This document shows, piece after piece, positions 47,006 to 56,895 of a stretch of 64,000 nucleotides of DNA; positions within the stretch are counted from its first letter, which is position 1; every line of letters starts with the position of its first letter. Source of the stretch: Candidatus Cryptobacteroides sp. (GTDB lineage Bacteria; Bacteroidota; Bacteroidia; Bacteroidales; UBA932); NCBI GenBank assembly GCA_045226315.1, contig JBGVCF010000009.1, positions 16,684-80,683 of the forward strand. The letters are read 5' to 3'. A program made the position numbers and the translations under genes. A model generated the notes under the pieces. That model worked only from the letters and a program-made list of their open reading frames with translations, searched no databases and was not told where the DNA came from.

Positions 47006-49192
47006 TTAAAAACTAAGGGAGAGCTTTATCATAAAATTACATGGAGCCTGAGGGTACACCCCGATTCCCGTAACAATTTGCCCAGTAGACGCATCGTAGC
47101 TTTCCCAACGCCAGCCGGATGCATAATAGAGCCGGTTGAATAAATTGTTCACATAAGCGGTAATACCCACCTGCTTCCCGCCCCACGCAAAAGTATGCCC
47201 AAGAGCAAGATTGGCCACCCAATAGGCCGGAATGGCCATTTCGGCCCGCATGGAGTTGTCCAGGAATTGCTTTCCCACGTACTTCGCATCCAATGTCACC
47301 TGACCGCCCTTCCAAGGGAGCACTGTCAGACGCGCCATGCCGATGAGTGACGGCGACATAAGCATGGTGGTCTTTCCGTAATGGACGGCATGCGTGCCGG
47401 AGTAATCAGAATAAGGTATATAGGAAGTATAATCGGCGATCTGGTTCAGTGAAAGGGTGGCATTGCCGTCCAGCCGCAACCAGCGCAGGGGTTCCCAGCC
47501 CAAACACAGTTCCACGCCACGGCGCCAGGCCCGGGGCACATTCTCCTTGATGGCATAACCGCTGGAAGACAAGCGTCCGGTCTCCAACAGCATGTCCCAG
47601 TATTCCATCAGATACAGATTGGCCGATGCAGAAAAACGCCCGGAGGTAAACGCGTAGCCCGCCTCCACGTCCAGCATCCGCTCCGGTGAAATAGGTGATG
47701 CCTCCCCTTTCACGTTGTCCTTGATATCCCCACGCCCTGGTTCGCGGTGTCCCAGCGCCACCGAAGCATACAGCTTATGCCGCTCCCATGCCGCGGTAAT
47801 TCCGGCCCGGGGATTGAAGAAATTCCAGTCCCGTTTATAGGAAAGTTTGTCGGCCTCGACCCCGCCATACTCCAGCCAGTCGTCGTCCGTCCCTTCCAGT
47901 TTGTAGTCCAGACCGCGGTATTGCAAATCGGCATAGGCAGTGAGCCAGTCCAAAGGCTTGTATTCGGCCCGCGCAAAAACCGAGAAATCCAGTTTCAAGG
48001 CCGAATTGTCGTACCATTTCAGTTGGTCATAGGGATAATCGGCCCCCAACTGCTTGGCCCAAAGCACCTTCCCGTTGTGGAAGCCCAGATAGCCGCTTTC
48101 GCTCATGCCAGCCGATGCATTCCACTTTCCACGCGTATATTTCACCTGCGCCTGGCCCACCAGCAGATTATTTTCCATGCGCTTCTGGTAGGTGAGGTCG
48201 CTTCGGCCCAACTCTTTAGGAAAGCCGTAGTTCACCAGCTTCTTATTCACCTTATAGTATTCGTCGTAGCCGTTCCCATAGGTATAGTTGGCCGTGACCG
48301 TCAGATACAGTCCTTGGGTAAATGCGTGGGTATAATTGGCTTGCAGATGATGCTGGACATAATTGTCCGTCTGGTTGTCGTAATAATAAACATTGCCTTT
48401 CTCATCGTAATACTCCCCCGCTCCATTGTACCGACGGTCTTTGTAATACTGCTCCAATTCGATGCCGTCCCATGTAATGCCGCTGCGCTGCTTGCCCATG
48501 AGCCAGGTGAGCCGTACGGAATTGCGCCGGCCCAGCCACCCCAGCGTCACGAAGGCCGAATGGGAGCGCACGAACGCATTGCGGATATAGCCGTCGGTGC
48601 TGCCGTAGGAATAGGCCGCTGTCCCGTACCAGCCCTTCTTGCTACGGCCCGTAGAGCCACTCACCGTGGTGATGAAGGTATTGTAAGAGCCCGCGCTGAT
48701 ATCGGCCGATACCCAAGGTTCCGGACTCACGAAGGCGGTATTCATGTTGATGCTGGCTCCGAACGCGCCGGCCCCGTTGGCGCTGGTACCCAATCCGCGC
48801 TGCACCTGTACGCTGGAAATCAGGCTGCTTAGGGAAGGGATGTTCACCCAGAACACCTCCTGGCTTTCCGCATCGTTGAGTGTGATGCCGTTCAGGGTCA
48901 CGTTGATCTGGGAGCCCTTGCTGCCCCGGATGGTCATGGCCGAATTCCCCAGTCCGGTACCGCCCTCATTGTAAGTGACCACGGAAGGCAGCAGGTTCAA
49001 AGCCATGGGCAGCGAATGCATGGGATTCGCCTTCCGAAGGGCCTCTTTGCCCACATTTTCATAACTGACCGGGGTGTTGCTGCCGGCACGTGAGGCCGAT
49101 ACAACCACGGAGTCCAGACGCTCCGTTTTCTCCTGTGCTGCGGCACAGAGTGACAGTGCACACAGCACTGCCGATAAGACAATCTTTTTCAT
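47006..49192 (-). CDS. TonB-dependent receptor, probably thiamine uptake
   Basis: Signal peptide ending AAA/Q, TonB-box-like DSVVVSA, plug motifs (RG, NGITLND) and C-terminal Phe. Lies directly under the TPP riboswitch. Confidence 0.88.
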   Translation of the reverse strand: MKKIVLSAVLCALSLCAAAQEKTERLDSVVVSASRAGSNTPVSYENVGKEALRKANPMHSLPMALNLLPSVVTYNEGGTGLGNSAMTIRGSKGSQINVTLNGITLNDAESQEVFWVNIPSLSSLISSVQVQRGLGTSANGAGAFGASINMNTAFVSPEPWVSADISAGSYNTFITTVSGSTGRSKKGWYGTAAYSYGSTDGYIRNAFVRSHSAFVTLGWLGRRNSVRLTWLMGKQRSGITWDGIELEQYYKDRRYNGAGEYYDEKGNVYYYDNQTDNYVQHHLQANYTHAFTQGLYLTVTANYTYGNGYDEYYKVNKKLVNYGFPKELGRSDLTYQKRMENNLLVGQAQVKYTRGKWNASAGMSESGYLGFHNGKVLWAKQLGADYPYDQLKWYDNSALKLDFSVFARAEYKPLDWLTAYADLQYRGLDYKLEGTDDDWLEYGGVEADKLSYKRDWNFFNPRAGITAAWERHKLYASVALGHREPGRGDIKDNVKGEASPISPERMLDVEAGYAFTSGRFSASANLYLMEYWDMLLETGRLSSSGYAIKENVPRAWRRGVELCLGWEPLRWLRLDGNATLSLNQIADYTSYIPYSDYSGTHAVHYGKTTMLMSPSLIGMARLTVLPWKGGQVTLDAKYVGKQFLDNSMRAEMAIPAYWVANLALGHTFAWGGKQVGITAYVNNLFNRLYYASGWRWESYDASTGQIVTGIGVYPQAPCNFMIKLSLSF

Positions 49193-49275
49193 TTCCTTAC
49201 GACGGTATCAACCGTATCAAGTTCAAAGGGTATAATCTCAGAATCTTCAATAACGAAAGATTCACCCCTAATTAT
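49193..49275 (-). promoter_or_regulatory. TPP riboswitch
   Basis: AGGGGTG...CTGAGA-TTATACCC-TTTGAACTTGAT-ACGG-TTGAT-ACCG-TCGTAAGGAA. Confidence 0.9.
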
Positions 49276-49306
49276 TATTCTTTTTATTGCATAAGGGTAT
49301 ATGCCC

Positions 49307-50056
49307 TCATTTCTTTATAAGTTCTATTTGGTACAGGCGGGGCCAGTTTTTGCCGGTCAGGTAAATGTGGCCTTCGGCGTCAAGGGCAATGCCGTTGAGC
49401 ACATCTGTATCGGGTTTCCGATGTTTGGCGGGCAGTAGACCTTTGCAATCGATGAGGCCTTCTACTTTGCCGTTATCCGGATTGATAATCACTATGGAAT
49501 CCGTGGTGTACAGGTTGGCCCAGATTTTTCCGTCTATCCATTCCAGTTCGTTCAGGTTCCTCACGGGCCGACCGTTCAGGGTAACCGGCTGGCGGCGCTG
49601 AACTTTCATATCCTTGTCCAAGAAATACAGCGTAGCGCTTCCGTCGCTGGCAATGAGCTGCTTACCGTCGGTGGTGAGGCCCCAGCCTTCGCGGGGATAG
49701 GACACCGTGGACTGGTAGGTTAGCGTGGTGGGATCGTAGCGAAAGGCCACCTTGTTGGTCCAGGTGAGCACGTATAAAGTGCCGTCCAGGATTACGGATC
49801 CCTCGCCGAAATACTTCTTATTCAGCCTTTTTTCGGCCTTGGGCTCCCCTGTGGCAAGGTCTACGGTGCGGATGCAGCTTTCGCCGTACTGGCCGGTGGT
49901 CTCGTACAGGGTGCCGTCATGGAAAAATAGCCCCTGGGTATAGGCATCGGTGCGGTGCGGGTATTCCCGTACCACCTTCACCGTATACTCCTTAACCTGC
50001 GCATTTGTGCAGGCGCAAAGAAGCAGGCCTAACAGCAAGAGCGGCAGTTTCCTCAT
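49307..50056 (-). CDS. Glutaminyl-peptide cyclotransferase (beta-propeller type I)
   Basis: YTQGL, ETTGQYG, FGEGS, EGWGL, SDGS, NELE, WAN and VLNGIA. Confidence 0.9.
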   Translation of the reverse strand: MRKLPLLLLGLLLCACTNAQVKEYTVKVVREYPHRTDAYTQGLFFHDGTLYETTGQYGESCIRTVDLATGEPKAEKRLNKKYFGEGSVILDGTLYVLTWTNKVAFRYDPTTLTYQSTVSYPREGWGLTTDGKQLIASDGSATLYFLDKDMKVQRRQPVTLNGRPVRNLNELEWIDGKIWANLYTTDSIVIINPDNGKVEGLIDCKGLLPAKHRKPDTDVLNGIALDAEGHIYLTGKNWPRLYQIELIKK

Positions 50057-51525
50057 ACTTTCTTGATCTTACGGACGGGATCGCAGGTGAGGCCGATTCC
50101 CAGTTTCTTGAACGTTTTGCGGTCCACCTCGCTGAGCATCACGGTGGAATGCACCTGGGCGCCGTCCAGTTTGGGCAGTTGCTCAAGGGCCAAACGGCAG
50201 TTTTCATCCAGCCGGCCCATCATGGAAATGGCCACCAGTACCTCGTCCGTATGAAGACGCGGATTGTGGCCGTGCAGATATTCCACCTTCAGTTTCTGGA
50301 TGGGCTGTATCATGGTTTGCGGAATGAGCTTCACATTGTGGGCAATGCCCGCCAAATGCTTCAAGGCATTCAAAAGCAGTGCCGCGCTGGGACCCAGCAG
50401 CGGGCTGGTCTCACCGGTAAGGATGGTGCCATCGGCCAATTCGATGGCGGCGGTGGCCTTCTGGGCCTTTTCCAGCCGCTCGCGGGCAGCCACCACGCAC
50501 TTGCGGTCCTGGACAGTGAGCTTGGCCCGCTTCAGCAGCAGGGCCAGTTTGTTCACCTCGCTTTCCGTGGCCTTGCCATCGGCAAAATTGCAGAGGGAGG
50601 TAAAATAGCGACGGATGATTTCCTGGAGGGAGGCCTGGCGGCATACTTCGTCGTCGCTGATGCAATAGCCGATCATGTTCACACCCATGTCGGTGGGCGA
50701 TTTGTACGGGGCCTCTCCGTAGATATTCTCGAAGATGGCGTTCATCACCGGGAAAATCTCTATGTCGCGGTTGTAGTTCACGGCCGTTTCCCCGTAGGCG
50801 TCCAGGTGGAAGGGGTCGATCATGTTCACGTCTTCCAAATCGGCCGTAGCTGCTTCGTAGGCGATGTTCACAGGGTGTGTAAGAGGCATGTTCCACACCG
50901 GGAAGGTCTCGAATTTGGCATAGCCGGCCTTCACGCCGCGTCGGTTCTCCTGATAGAGTTGGCTCAAGCACACGGCCATTTTACCGCTGCCGGGGCCGGG
51001 GGCCGTGACCACGATGAGGGATTTGGTGGTTTCCACAAAGTCGTTCTTGCCGAAACCTTCGTCCGAATCGATTAGTGCCACGTTGTTGGGATAGCCCTCG
51101 ATGGTGTAATGGTAATAGACGCGGATACCCATCTTTTCCAGGCGTTTGCGATAGGCCACGGCGCTGGCCTGGCCGTTGAAATGGGTAATCACCACACTGT
51201 TCACGCAAAGATCCCGTTCCAGGAATTCGTCCCGCAGGCGCAACACGTCCATATCGTAGGTGATGCCTAGATCGGCCCGCATTTTATTCTTCTCGATGTC
51301 CACGGCGCTGATGACGATGATAATCTCCATGTCGTCCTTCAACTGCATGAGCATCTGGAGCTTACTGTCGGGTTCGAAGCCCGGGAGCACACGGCTGGCG
51401 TGGTAGTCGTCGAACAGTTTGCCGCCGAATTCCATATACAATTTGTCACCAAAGGCGGCGATGCGCTCCTTGATGTGCTCCGACTGGATTTTGAGGTATT
51501 TTGCGTTGTCGAACCCGTATTTCAT
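50053..51525 (-). CDS. DUF1846 domain protein
   Basis: MEFGGKLFDDYHASRVLPGF, TAPGPGSGKMA, YAKFETFP and SPTDMGVN. Confidence 0.88.
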   Translation of the reverse strand: MKYGFDNAKYLKIQSEHIKERIAAFGDKLYMEFGGKLFDDYHASRVLPGFEPDSKLQMLMQLKDDMEIIIVISAVDIEKNKMRADLGITYDMDVLRLRDEFLERDLCVNSVVITHFNGQASAVAYRKRLEKMGIRVYYHYTIEGYPNNVALIDSDEGFGKNDFVETTKSLIVVTAPGPGSGKMAVCLSQLYQENRRGVKAGYAKFETFPVWNMPLTHPVNIAYEAATADLEDVNMIDPFHLDAYGETAVNYNRDIEIFPVMNAIFENIYGEAPYKSPTDMGVNMIGYCISDDEVCRQASLQEIIRRYFTSLCNFADGKATESEVNKLALLLKRAKLTVQDRKCVVAARERLEKAQKATAAIELADGTILTGETSPLLGPSAALLLNALKHLAGIAHNVKLIPQTMIQPIQKLKVEYLHGHNPRLHTDEVLVAISMMGRLDENCRLALEQLPKLDGAQVHSTVMLSEVDRKTFKKLGIGLTCDPVRKIKKV

Positions 51526-51624
51526 ATGCGCGAATGTGTTGTGGTAAATACGGGATACAAAAGTAGGCATTTTTTCTCAGAATTGCAGAAAAAAATGCCG
51601 ATATTTGTGCAAATTGACTTCGCT

Positions 51625-53355
51625 ATGAGTGGCTCTCTCCTCCTATCGCTTCTGCTTCAGGTTTTTCTTCCCAAAATGGTGGAGATTCCAGCCGGGTCTT
51701 TTACCATGGGAACGGCCCAGCCGCCCATGGAAGATTGGGACGAAGCCCCCGCCCGCTGCGTTTCGGTCCAGGCTTTCCGGATTAGCGCCACGGAAATCAC
51801 CAATGCCCAGTACGAAGCCTTCGATCCTTCTCACCGCAGTTTGCGGGGGTACCAAGGTTTTTCCAAGGCCGATGACGAGGCCGTGGTGATGGTCTCCTGG
51901 GAAGAGGCCACGGCCTACTGTCAATGGCTCTCCCAGCGCACCGGGCAGCTTTTCCGCCTGCCCACCGAGGCCGAATGGGAGTATGCTTGCCGGGCCGGCA
52001 CGGAATCGGACTACAATACAGGTGACACCTTCCCGGAAAGCCAGTGGAAAGTACAGAAGAATACCCGCTACAAAGAGCCTGTTTCCTTGCAAGTAGCTCA
52101 GTTTGAGCCCAATGCGTGGGGCCTGTACGACATGCACGGCAACGTGGAGGAATGGTGTCTGGATGCCGTTTCCTCCTCCCCGGCCTCAACCGGGGATCTC
52201 CGAGCCGTCCGCGGCGGCAGCCACAACACCCCGGTCCGGTACCTTCGCAGCGCCAACCGCAGCGCCTCCGTTCCGGCCGACCGCTCCGTCCTCTTGGGCT
52301 TCCGTGTGGTGGAAGGACCCACAAGCACCGAATCGGCCCCCTCCGTGCCTGTAGCGCCGCTGTTCGAAGAGCCGCTACCCTATGTATTGCAACCGGAGGA
52401 TGGCGTGACGCCCTTTTATGCGCATAACCACCAGCCGGCCGTCACCTGGACACCGGACGGTGACCTCCTGGCCATCTGGTTCTCCACGGATGCAGAGGCC
52501 GGCCGCGAGATGGTCGTACTCCAGTCCCGTTTCCATGAAGGCCGATGGTCCCCCGCCTCGCTCTTCTACAAGGTTCCGGACCGGAACATGACCGGCAGTG
52601 CCCTGCTCACCATGGATGGAAGAATCCTTCATTTCCAGGGAATCGGCGATGCCGGGGAATGGAAAGACCTGGCACTGGGCATGCGCGAAAGCCAGGACGG
52701 TGGCTGCACCTGGACAGCAACCCGCCTCATTGAGCCGGAACATGAGGTGCGGCATCAGGTGATTGCCGGTCCCATCGTTACAAAAGACGGACGTATCCTC
52801 CTGTGCTGCGATGCCGGACCGGGCGGACAAGACGGCACTTCCCTGCATGTTTCGCGGGATGGCGGCCTTACTTGGGAAGATACCGGCAGCACCATCGCAG
52901 GTATCCATGCGGGCATCGTGGAGCGGAAAGACGGCTCGCTCATGGCTTTCGGCCGGGGCAATGCCATCGCCGGCCAGATGCCCTGCAGCATCTCCCGGGA
53001 CGGCGGTTATACCTGGGACTTTTCCGCCACGGATTTCCCTCCTATCGGCAGTGGCCAGCGTCTGGTACTCAAGCGTTTGCAGGAAGGTCCGCTGATGCTT
53101 TGCTCCTTCGGCCCGGACGGTCTGTATGTAGCGTTGAGCTACGATGAAGGCGTTAACTGGCCTGTGAAAAAGCTCCTCACCGACGGGAAGACACGCGTGC
53201 TGGACGGCGGTGCCTGGACCGGCACCTTCACCCTGGACGCCACCCATGCCGAACCCAAAGGCTATCTGGCCTGCACCCAGAGCCCGGACGGTGTGATCCA
53301 CCTCCTTAGTTCCCGCGTCCATTACCGCTTTAACTTGGCCTGGATTCAGCAGTAG
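51625..53355 (+). CDS. SUMF1/FGE-domain plus BNR (sialidase-like) fusion protein
   Basis: TEITNAQY, RLPTEAEWEYACRAG, NAWGLYDMHGNVEEW and GFRVV, then Asp boxes SQDGGCTW, SRDGGLTW, SRDGGYTW and SYDEGVNW. Confidence 0.8.
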   Translation: MSGSLLLSLLLQVFLPKMVEIPAGSFTMGTAQPPMEDWDEAPARCVSVQAFRISATEITNAQYEAFDPSHRSLRGYQGFSKADDEAVVMVSWEEATAYCQWLSQRTGQLFRLPTEAEWEYACRAGTESDYNTGDTFPESQWKVQKNTRYKEPVSLQVAQFEPNAWGLYDMHGNVEEWCLDAVSSSPASTGDLRAVRGGSHNTPVRYLRSANRSASVPADRSVLLGFRVVEGPTSTESAPSVPVAPLFEEPLPYVLQPEDGVTPFYAHNHQPAVTWTPDGDLLAIWFSTDAEAGREMVVLQSRFHEGRWSPASLFYKVPDRNMTGSALLTMDGRILHFQGIGDAGEWKDLALGMRESQDGGCTWTATRLIEPEHEVRHQVIAGPIVTKDGRILLCCDAGPGGQDGTSLHVSRDGGLTWEDTGSTIAGIHAGIVERKDGSLMAFGRGNAIAGQMPCSISRDGGYTWDFSATDFPPIGSGQRLVLKRLQEGPLMLCSFGPDGLYVALSYDEGVNWPVKKLLTDGKTRVLDGGAWTGTFTLDATHAEPKGYLACTQSPDGVIHLLSSRVHYRFNLAWIQQ

Positions 53356-53414
53356 GAATATCGGCAACTATTTCGTACATTTGCAGGATTGAAAATATCT
53401 AACACACAATATCT

Positions 53415-54752
53415 ATGGTAAAAATTGACGTGAAAGGCTGCGAATCCTTCGTGGACAGCGCCCTGTACAATGAGTATGTAAACAAAGCCCTGAACGCTTT
53501 CGATGTACTGGAAAGCGAAAAAGGCGCCGGCAACGACTTCCTGGGTTGGAAGCACATCGCCTCCACCATGCCGGAAAGCACCCTGGCCGACATCGAAGCC
53601 ATCAAGGCCGCATGGGAGAAGAAAGGCGTGGACCTGGTCATCGCCATCGGCATCGGCGGCAGCTATCTGGGCGCCAAGTGCGTGATCGAAGCCCTGAGCC
53701 ACAATTTTGCCAAGCAGCTCAAGAAGAAGGAAGCCGCCGAAGTAGTGTTCGCCGGCAACAACCTCTCCGAGGAATACCTGGCCGAACTCATGGATCTGGC
53801 GGCCGAACGCAACGTGGCCTGCATCGTCATCTCCAAGAGCGGCACCACCACCGAACCCGCCGTGGTCTTCCGCGTGGTGAAGCAGTTCATCGAAAGCCAT
53901 TACGGCAAGAAGGAAGCCTCCGATAGGATCGTGGCCATCACCGACGCCAAGAAGGGCGCCCTCAAGACCCTGGCCACGCAGGAAGGCTACAAGACCTTCG
54001 TGGTTCCGGACAACGTAGGCGGCCGATTCAGCGTCTTCACTCCGGTGGGCCTGCTGCCCATCGCCGTGGCCGGCATGGACATCCGCGCCCTCATCGACGG
54101 CGTCAAAAAGGCCGAAAAAGCCCTGGCCGTGAAGAGCGCCGAGAATCCTGCAGTAGTGTATGCCGCCATGCGCAACCTCCTGTTCAAGGAATACGGTAAA
54201 AGCGTCGAAATCCTGGTAAACTACAATCCCAAGCTCACTTATGTGGCCGAATGGTGGAAGCAGCTCTACGGAGAATCCGAGGGTAAAGACGGCACCGGCA
54301 TCTACCCCGCCAGCGTGAACAACACGGCCGATCTTCACTCCATGGGCCAGTTCATCCAGGAAGGCACCCGCATCATGTTCGAGACCGTCCTGCACGTGGA
54401 TAACGCCCGCCGCAGCGTGGTGATTGAAAGCGACAGCCAGAACCTGGACCAACTGAACTATCTGGCCGGCAAGCACGTGGAGCATTGCAACCACATGGCC
54501 GAACTGGGCACCCGCATCGCCCACATCGACGGTGGCGTACCCCAGATCCAGATCGGCATCGAAACCCTGGACGTCAAGCGTCTGGGCGAAGTCCTGTACT
54601 TCTTTGAATTCGCCTGCGGCATCAGCGCCTACACCCTGGGAGTGAATCCTTTCAACCAGCCCGGCGTGGAAGCCTACAAGAAGAACATGTTCGCCCTCCT
54701 GGAGAAGCCCGGCTACGAAGAAGCCACCAAGGCCATCAAGGAGCGCCTGTAA
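53415..54752 (+). CDS. pgi: Glucose-6-phosphate isomerase
   Basis: GIGGSYLG, SKSGTT, VGGRFSV, QLYGESEGK and NPFNQPGVEAYK. Confidence 0.96.
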   Translation: MVKIDVKGCESFVDSALYNEYVNKALNAFDVLESEKGAGNDFLGWKHIASTMPESTLADIEAIKAAWEKKGVDLVIAIGIGGSYLGAKCVIEALSHNFAKQLKKKEAAEVVFAGNNLSEEYLAELMDLAAERNVACIVISKSGTTTEPAVVFRVVKQFIESHYGKKEASDRIVAITDAKKGALKTLATQEGYKTFVVPDNVGGRFSVFTPVGLLPIAVAGMDIRALIDGVKKAEKALAVKSAENPAVVYAAMRNLLFKEYGKSVEILVNYNPKLTYVAEWWKQLYGESEGKDGTGIYPASVNNTADLHSMGQFIQEGTRIMFETVLHVDNARRSVVIESDSQNLDQLNYLAGKHVEHCNHMAELGTRIAHIDGGVPQIQIGIETLDVKRLGEVLYFFEFACGISAYTLGVNPFNQPGVEAYKKNMFALLEKPGYEEATKAIKERL

Positions 54753-54771
54753 ATCCAAGTTCTTAAAAATG

Positions 54772-54806
54772 AAAGACATCGGCCTTCAAAGGTCGATGTC
54801 TTTTTT
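54772..54806. terminator. Bidirectional terminator pgi / rnpB
   Basis: AAAGACATCGGCC-ttcaaa-GGTCGATGTCTTT plus a T run. Confidence 0.85.
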
Positions 54807-54807
54807 G

Positions 54808-55142
54808 TGGTGGGGCAGTAAGCCGCTTTCTGTTTTTAAACCTGTCATTTATCTTCGCAACCTACCCCCCGGCATCGGACGGGCCGCCCTCATCTGCCGG
54901 TATATTTGGTCTTGCAGGCCCGTCGGCGTACCCGCGGCATGTCGCCATGCAACGTCGTGGGCTCTTACCCCGCGTTTTCACCCTTACCGGAAAAATCCGG
55001 CGGTTATTCTCTGTTACGCCGATTGAAGATTACTCCCCACTGTGCTTTCCACAGACGGGTGCCCTTTCCTGTGCGGACTTTCCTCAGCTGCACTTCCTGA
55101 TAACGGGGGCCCGGCAGTGCAGCCGCGACAAGTCGTCCCACC
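54808..55142 (-). ncRNA. rnpB: RNase P RNA (type A)
   Basis: GAGGAAAGTCC and ACAGAAAGCGGCTTAC P4 signatures and P1 GGTGGG/CCCCACC. TACCTTTG promoter box at 55168-55161. Confidence 0.93.
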
Positions 55143-55172
55143 ATACCTATTTTAGGACTGCAAAGGTAAGAA

Positions 55173-55835
55173 TTATTTCTTAAACCATGCAAGACTCTGC
55201 TGGCAGAGGGCTGAGATGGAGGCCCAGTTGCCGGAGGCGATCACGTCCTTGGGGAAGAGCTTGGAGCCCATGCCCACGGCGGTGACGCCGCTTTTGGCCC
55301 AGGCAGTAAGGTTCTCCTCGGTGGGTTCCACGGCGCCGGTGCACATGATCATTGCCCAGGGCAGCGGGCCCAGGATGTTCTTCACGAAGGAAGGACCGCC
55401 CACATTGCCAGCCGGGAACACCTTCACCAGGTCGCAGCCCAGTTCCTGTGCCTTCACAATTTCCGTCACGGTGCCGCAGCCGGGGCTGTAGGGCACGCCA
55501 CGCCGGTTGGCCAGTTTCACCACTTCCTCCACCATACAGGGAGATACCAGGAAATCGGCCCCCATCTGCAGGTAGATGGCGGCGGTGGGCGCATCCAGGA
55601 TGGTGCCGGCACCCAGGGCCATCTCCGGGCATTCGGCCCGTACGAAAGCCATCACTTCCTTGAACACTTCGTTGGCGCCGTCGCCGCGGTTGGTGAACTC
55701 GAACGCACGGATACCGCCATCGTAGCAGGCCTTCACCACCTTCTTGGTAATGTCTGCATCCTTGTTGTAGAATACCGGCACGATTCCGGTCTTCCGAATG
55801 ATACTGATGGTATCGATTTTATTGAACTTTGCCAT
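55173..55835 (-). CDS. eda: KDPG/KHG aldolase
   Basis: FEFTNRG, GAGTILD, PGCGTVTE, VKVFPA and MCTGAV. Confidence 0.92.
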   Translation of the reverse strand: MAKFNKIDTISIIRKTGIVPVFYNKDADITKKVVKACYDGGIRAFEFTNRGDGANEVFKEVMAFVRAECPEMALGAGTILDAPTAAIYLQMGADFLVSPCMVEEVVKLANRRGVPYSPGCGTVTEIVKAQELGCDLVKVFPAGNVGGPSFVKNILGPLPWAMIMCTGAVEPTEENLTAWAKSGVTAVGMGSKLFPKDVIASGNWASISALCQQSLAWFKK

Positions 55836-55839
55836 ATTC

Positions 55840-56877
55840 TTATCTGCTTACACGGCCGGAACCGCCGCCTTTGATGAGACCTTCTACTTCGGCAACCGTT
55901 ACGCGGTTGTAATCGCCCAGGATGGTGTGCTTGAGGCAGGATGCCGCCGCAGCGAACTCGATGGCTTCCTGGTCGGTTTCATAGGCCAGCAGGCCGTACA
56001 GGAGGCCGCCCATGAAGGAATCGCCGCCACCTACGCGGTCCACGATATGGGTGATGTCGTAGCGCTTGCTCTGCCAAAGGGTCTTGCCGTCGTACAGCAC
56101 GCCGCCCCAGGTATTGTGGTTGGCGTTGATGGAACCACGCAGGGTCACGGCCACCTTCTTGCAACGCGGGAACTTGGCCATAAGCTGTTCTCCCACGCTG
56201 ATGAAGATACGCTGGTCAATCTCACCGCCGGTCTTTTCGGCGTCGAAGCCTTCGGGCTTGATGCCGAACTCTTTCTCGGCGTCTTCCTCGTTGCCAAGGA
56301 TCAGGTCACAGCCTTCCACCAGGGCGGGCATCACTTCGGCCGCCGTCTTGCCGTATTTCCACAGCTTCTTGCGGTAATTGAGGTCGCAGGACACCTTCAC
56401 GCCCATCTCGTTGGCCACCTTGATGGCTTCCAGGCAGGCATCGGCCGCACCCTGGCTCAAAGCGGGCGTAATGCCGGTCCAGTGGAACCAATCGGCCCCC
56501 TGCAGCACCTTGCGCCAGTCTACCATGCCGGGCAGGATTTCGGAGATGGCCGAATGGGCGCGGTCGTACACCACCTTGGAGCCGCGCGCCACGGCGCCGG
56601 TTTCCAGGTAATAGATGCCCACGCGGTCGCCGCCATAGACCACGCCGTCCAGGTTCACGCCCAGGCCTTTCAGCTCGGCGGTACACATGTCGGCGATGTC
56701 GTTCTTGGGAAGACGGGTAACAAAATGAGCGTCAATGCCATAGTTAGCAAGCGAGACAGCCACGTTGGCCTCGCCGCCACCGAAAGTGGCATCGAACTGA
56801 TGGGCCTGCGAAAAACGCTGATAGCCCGGGGTGGAAAGGCGAAGCATCACTTCGCCGAAGGTTACTACTTTTGCCAT
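55840..56877 (-). CDS. kdgK: 2-keto-3-deoxygluconate kinase (PfkB family)
   Basis: TFGEVMLRLS, GGGEANVA, SCDLNYRKKLW and DRVGGGDSF. Confidence 0.92.
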   Translation of the reverse strand: MAKVVTFGEVMLRLSTPGYQRFSQAHQFDATFGGGEANVAVSLANYGIDAHFVTRLPKNDIADMCTAELKGLGVNLDGVVYGGDRVGIYYLETGAVARGSKVVYDRAHSAISEILPGMVDWRKVLQGADWFHWTGITPALSQGAADACLEAIKVANEMGVKVSCDLNYRKKLWKYGKTAAEVMPALVEGCDLILGNEEDAEKEFGIKPEGFDAEKTGGEIDQRIFISVGEQLMAKFPRCKKVAVTLRGSINANHNTWGGVLYDGKTLWQSKRYDITHIVDRVGGGDSFMGGLLYGLLAYETDQEAIEFAAAASCLKHTILGDYNRVTVAEVEGLIKGGGSGRVSR

Positions 56878-56895
56878 AGTGTCAAATATTTGAAA

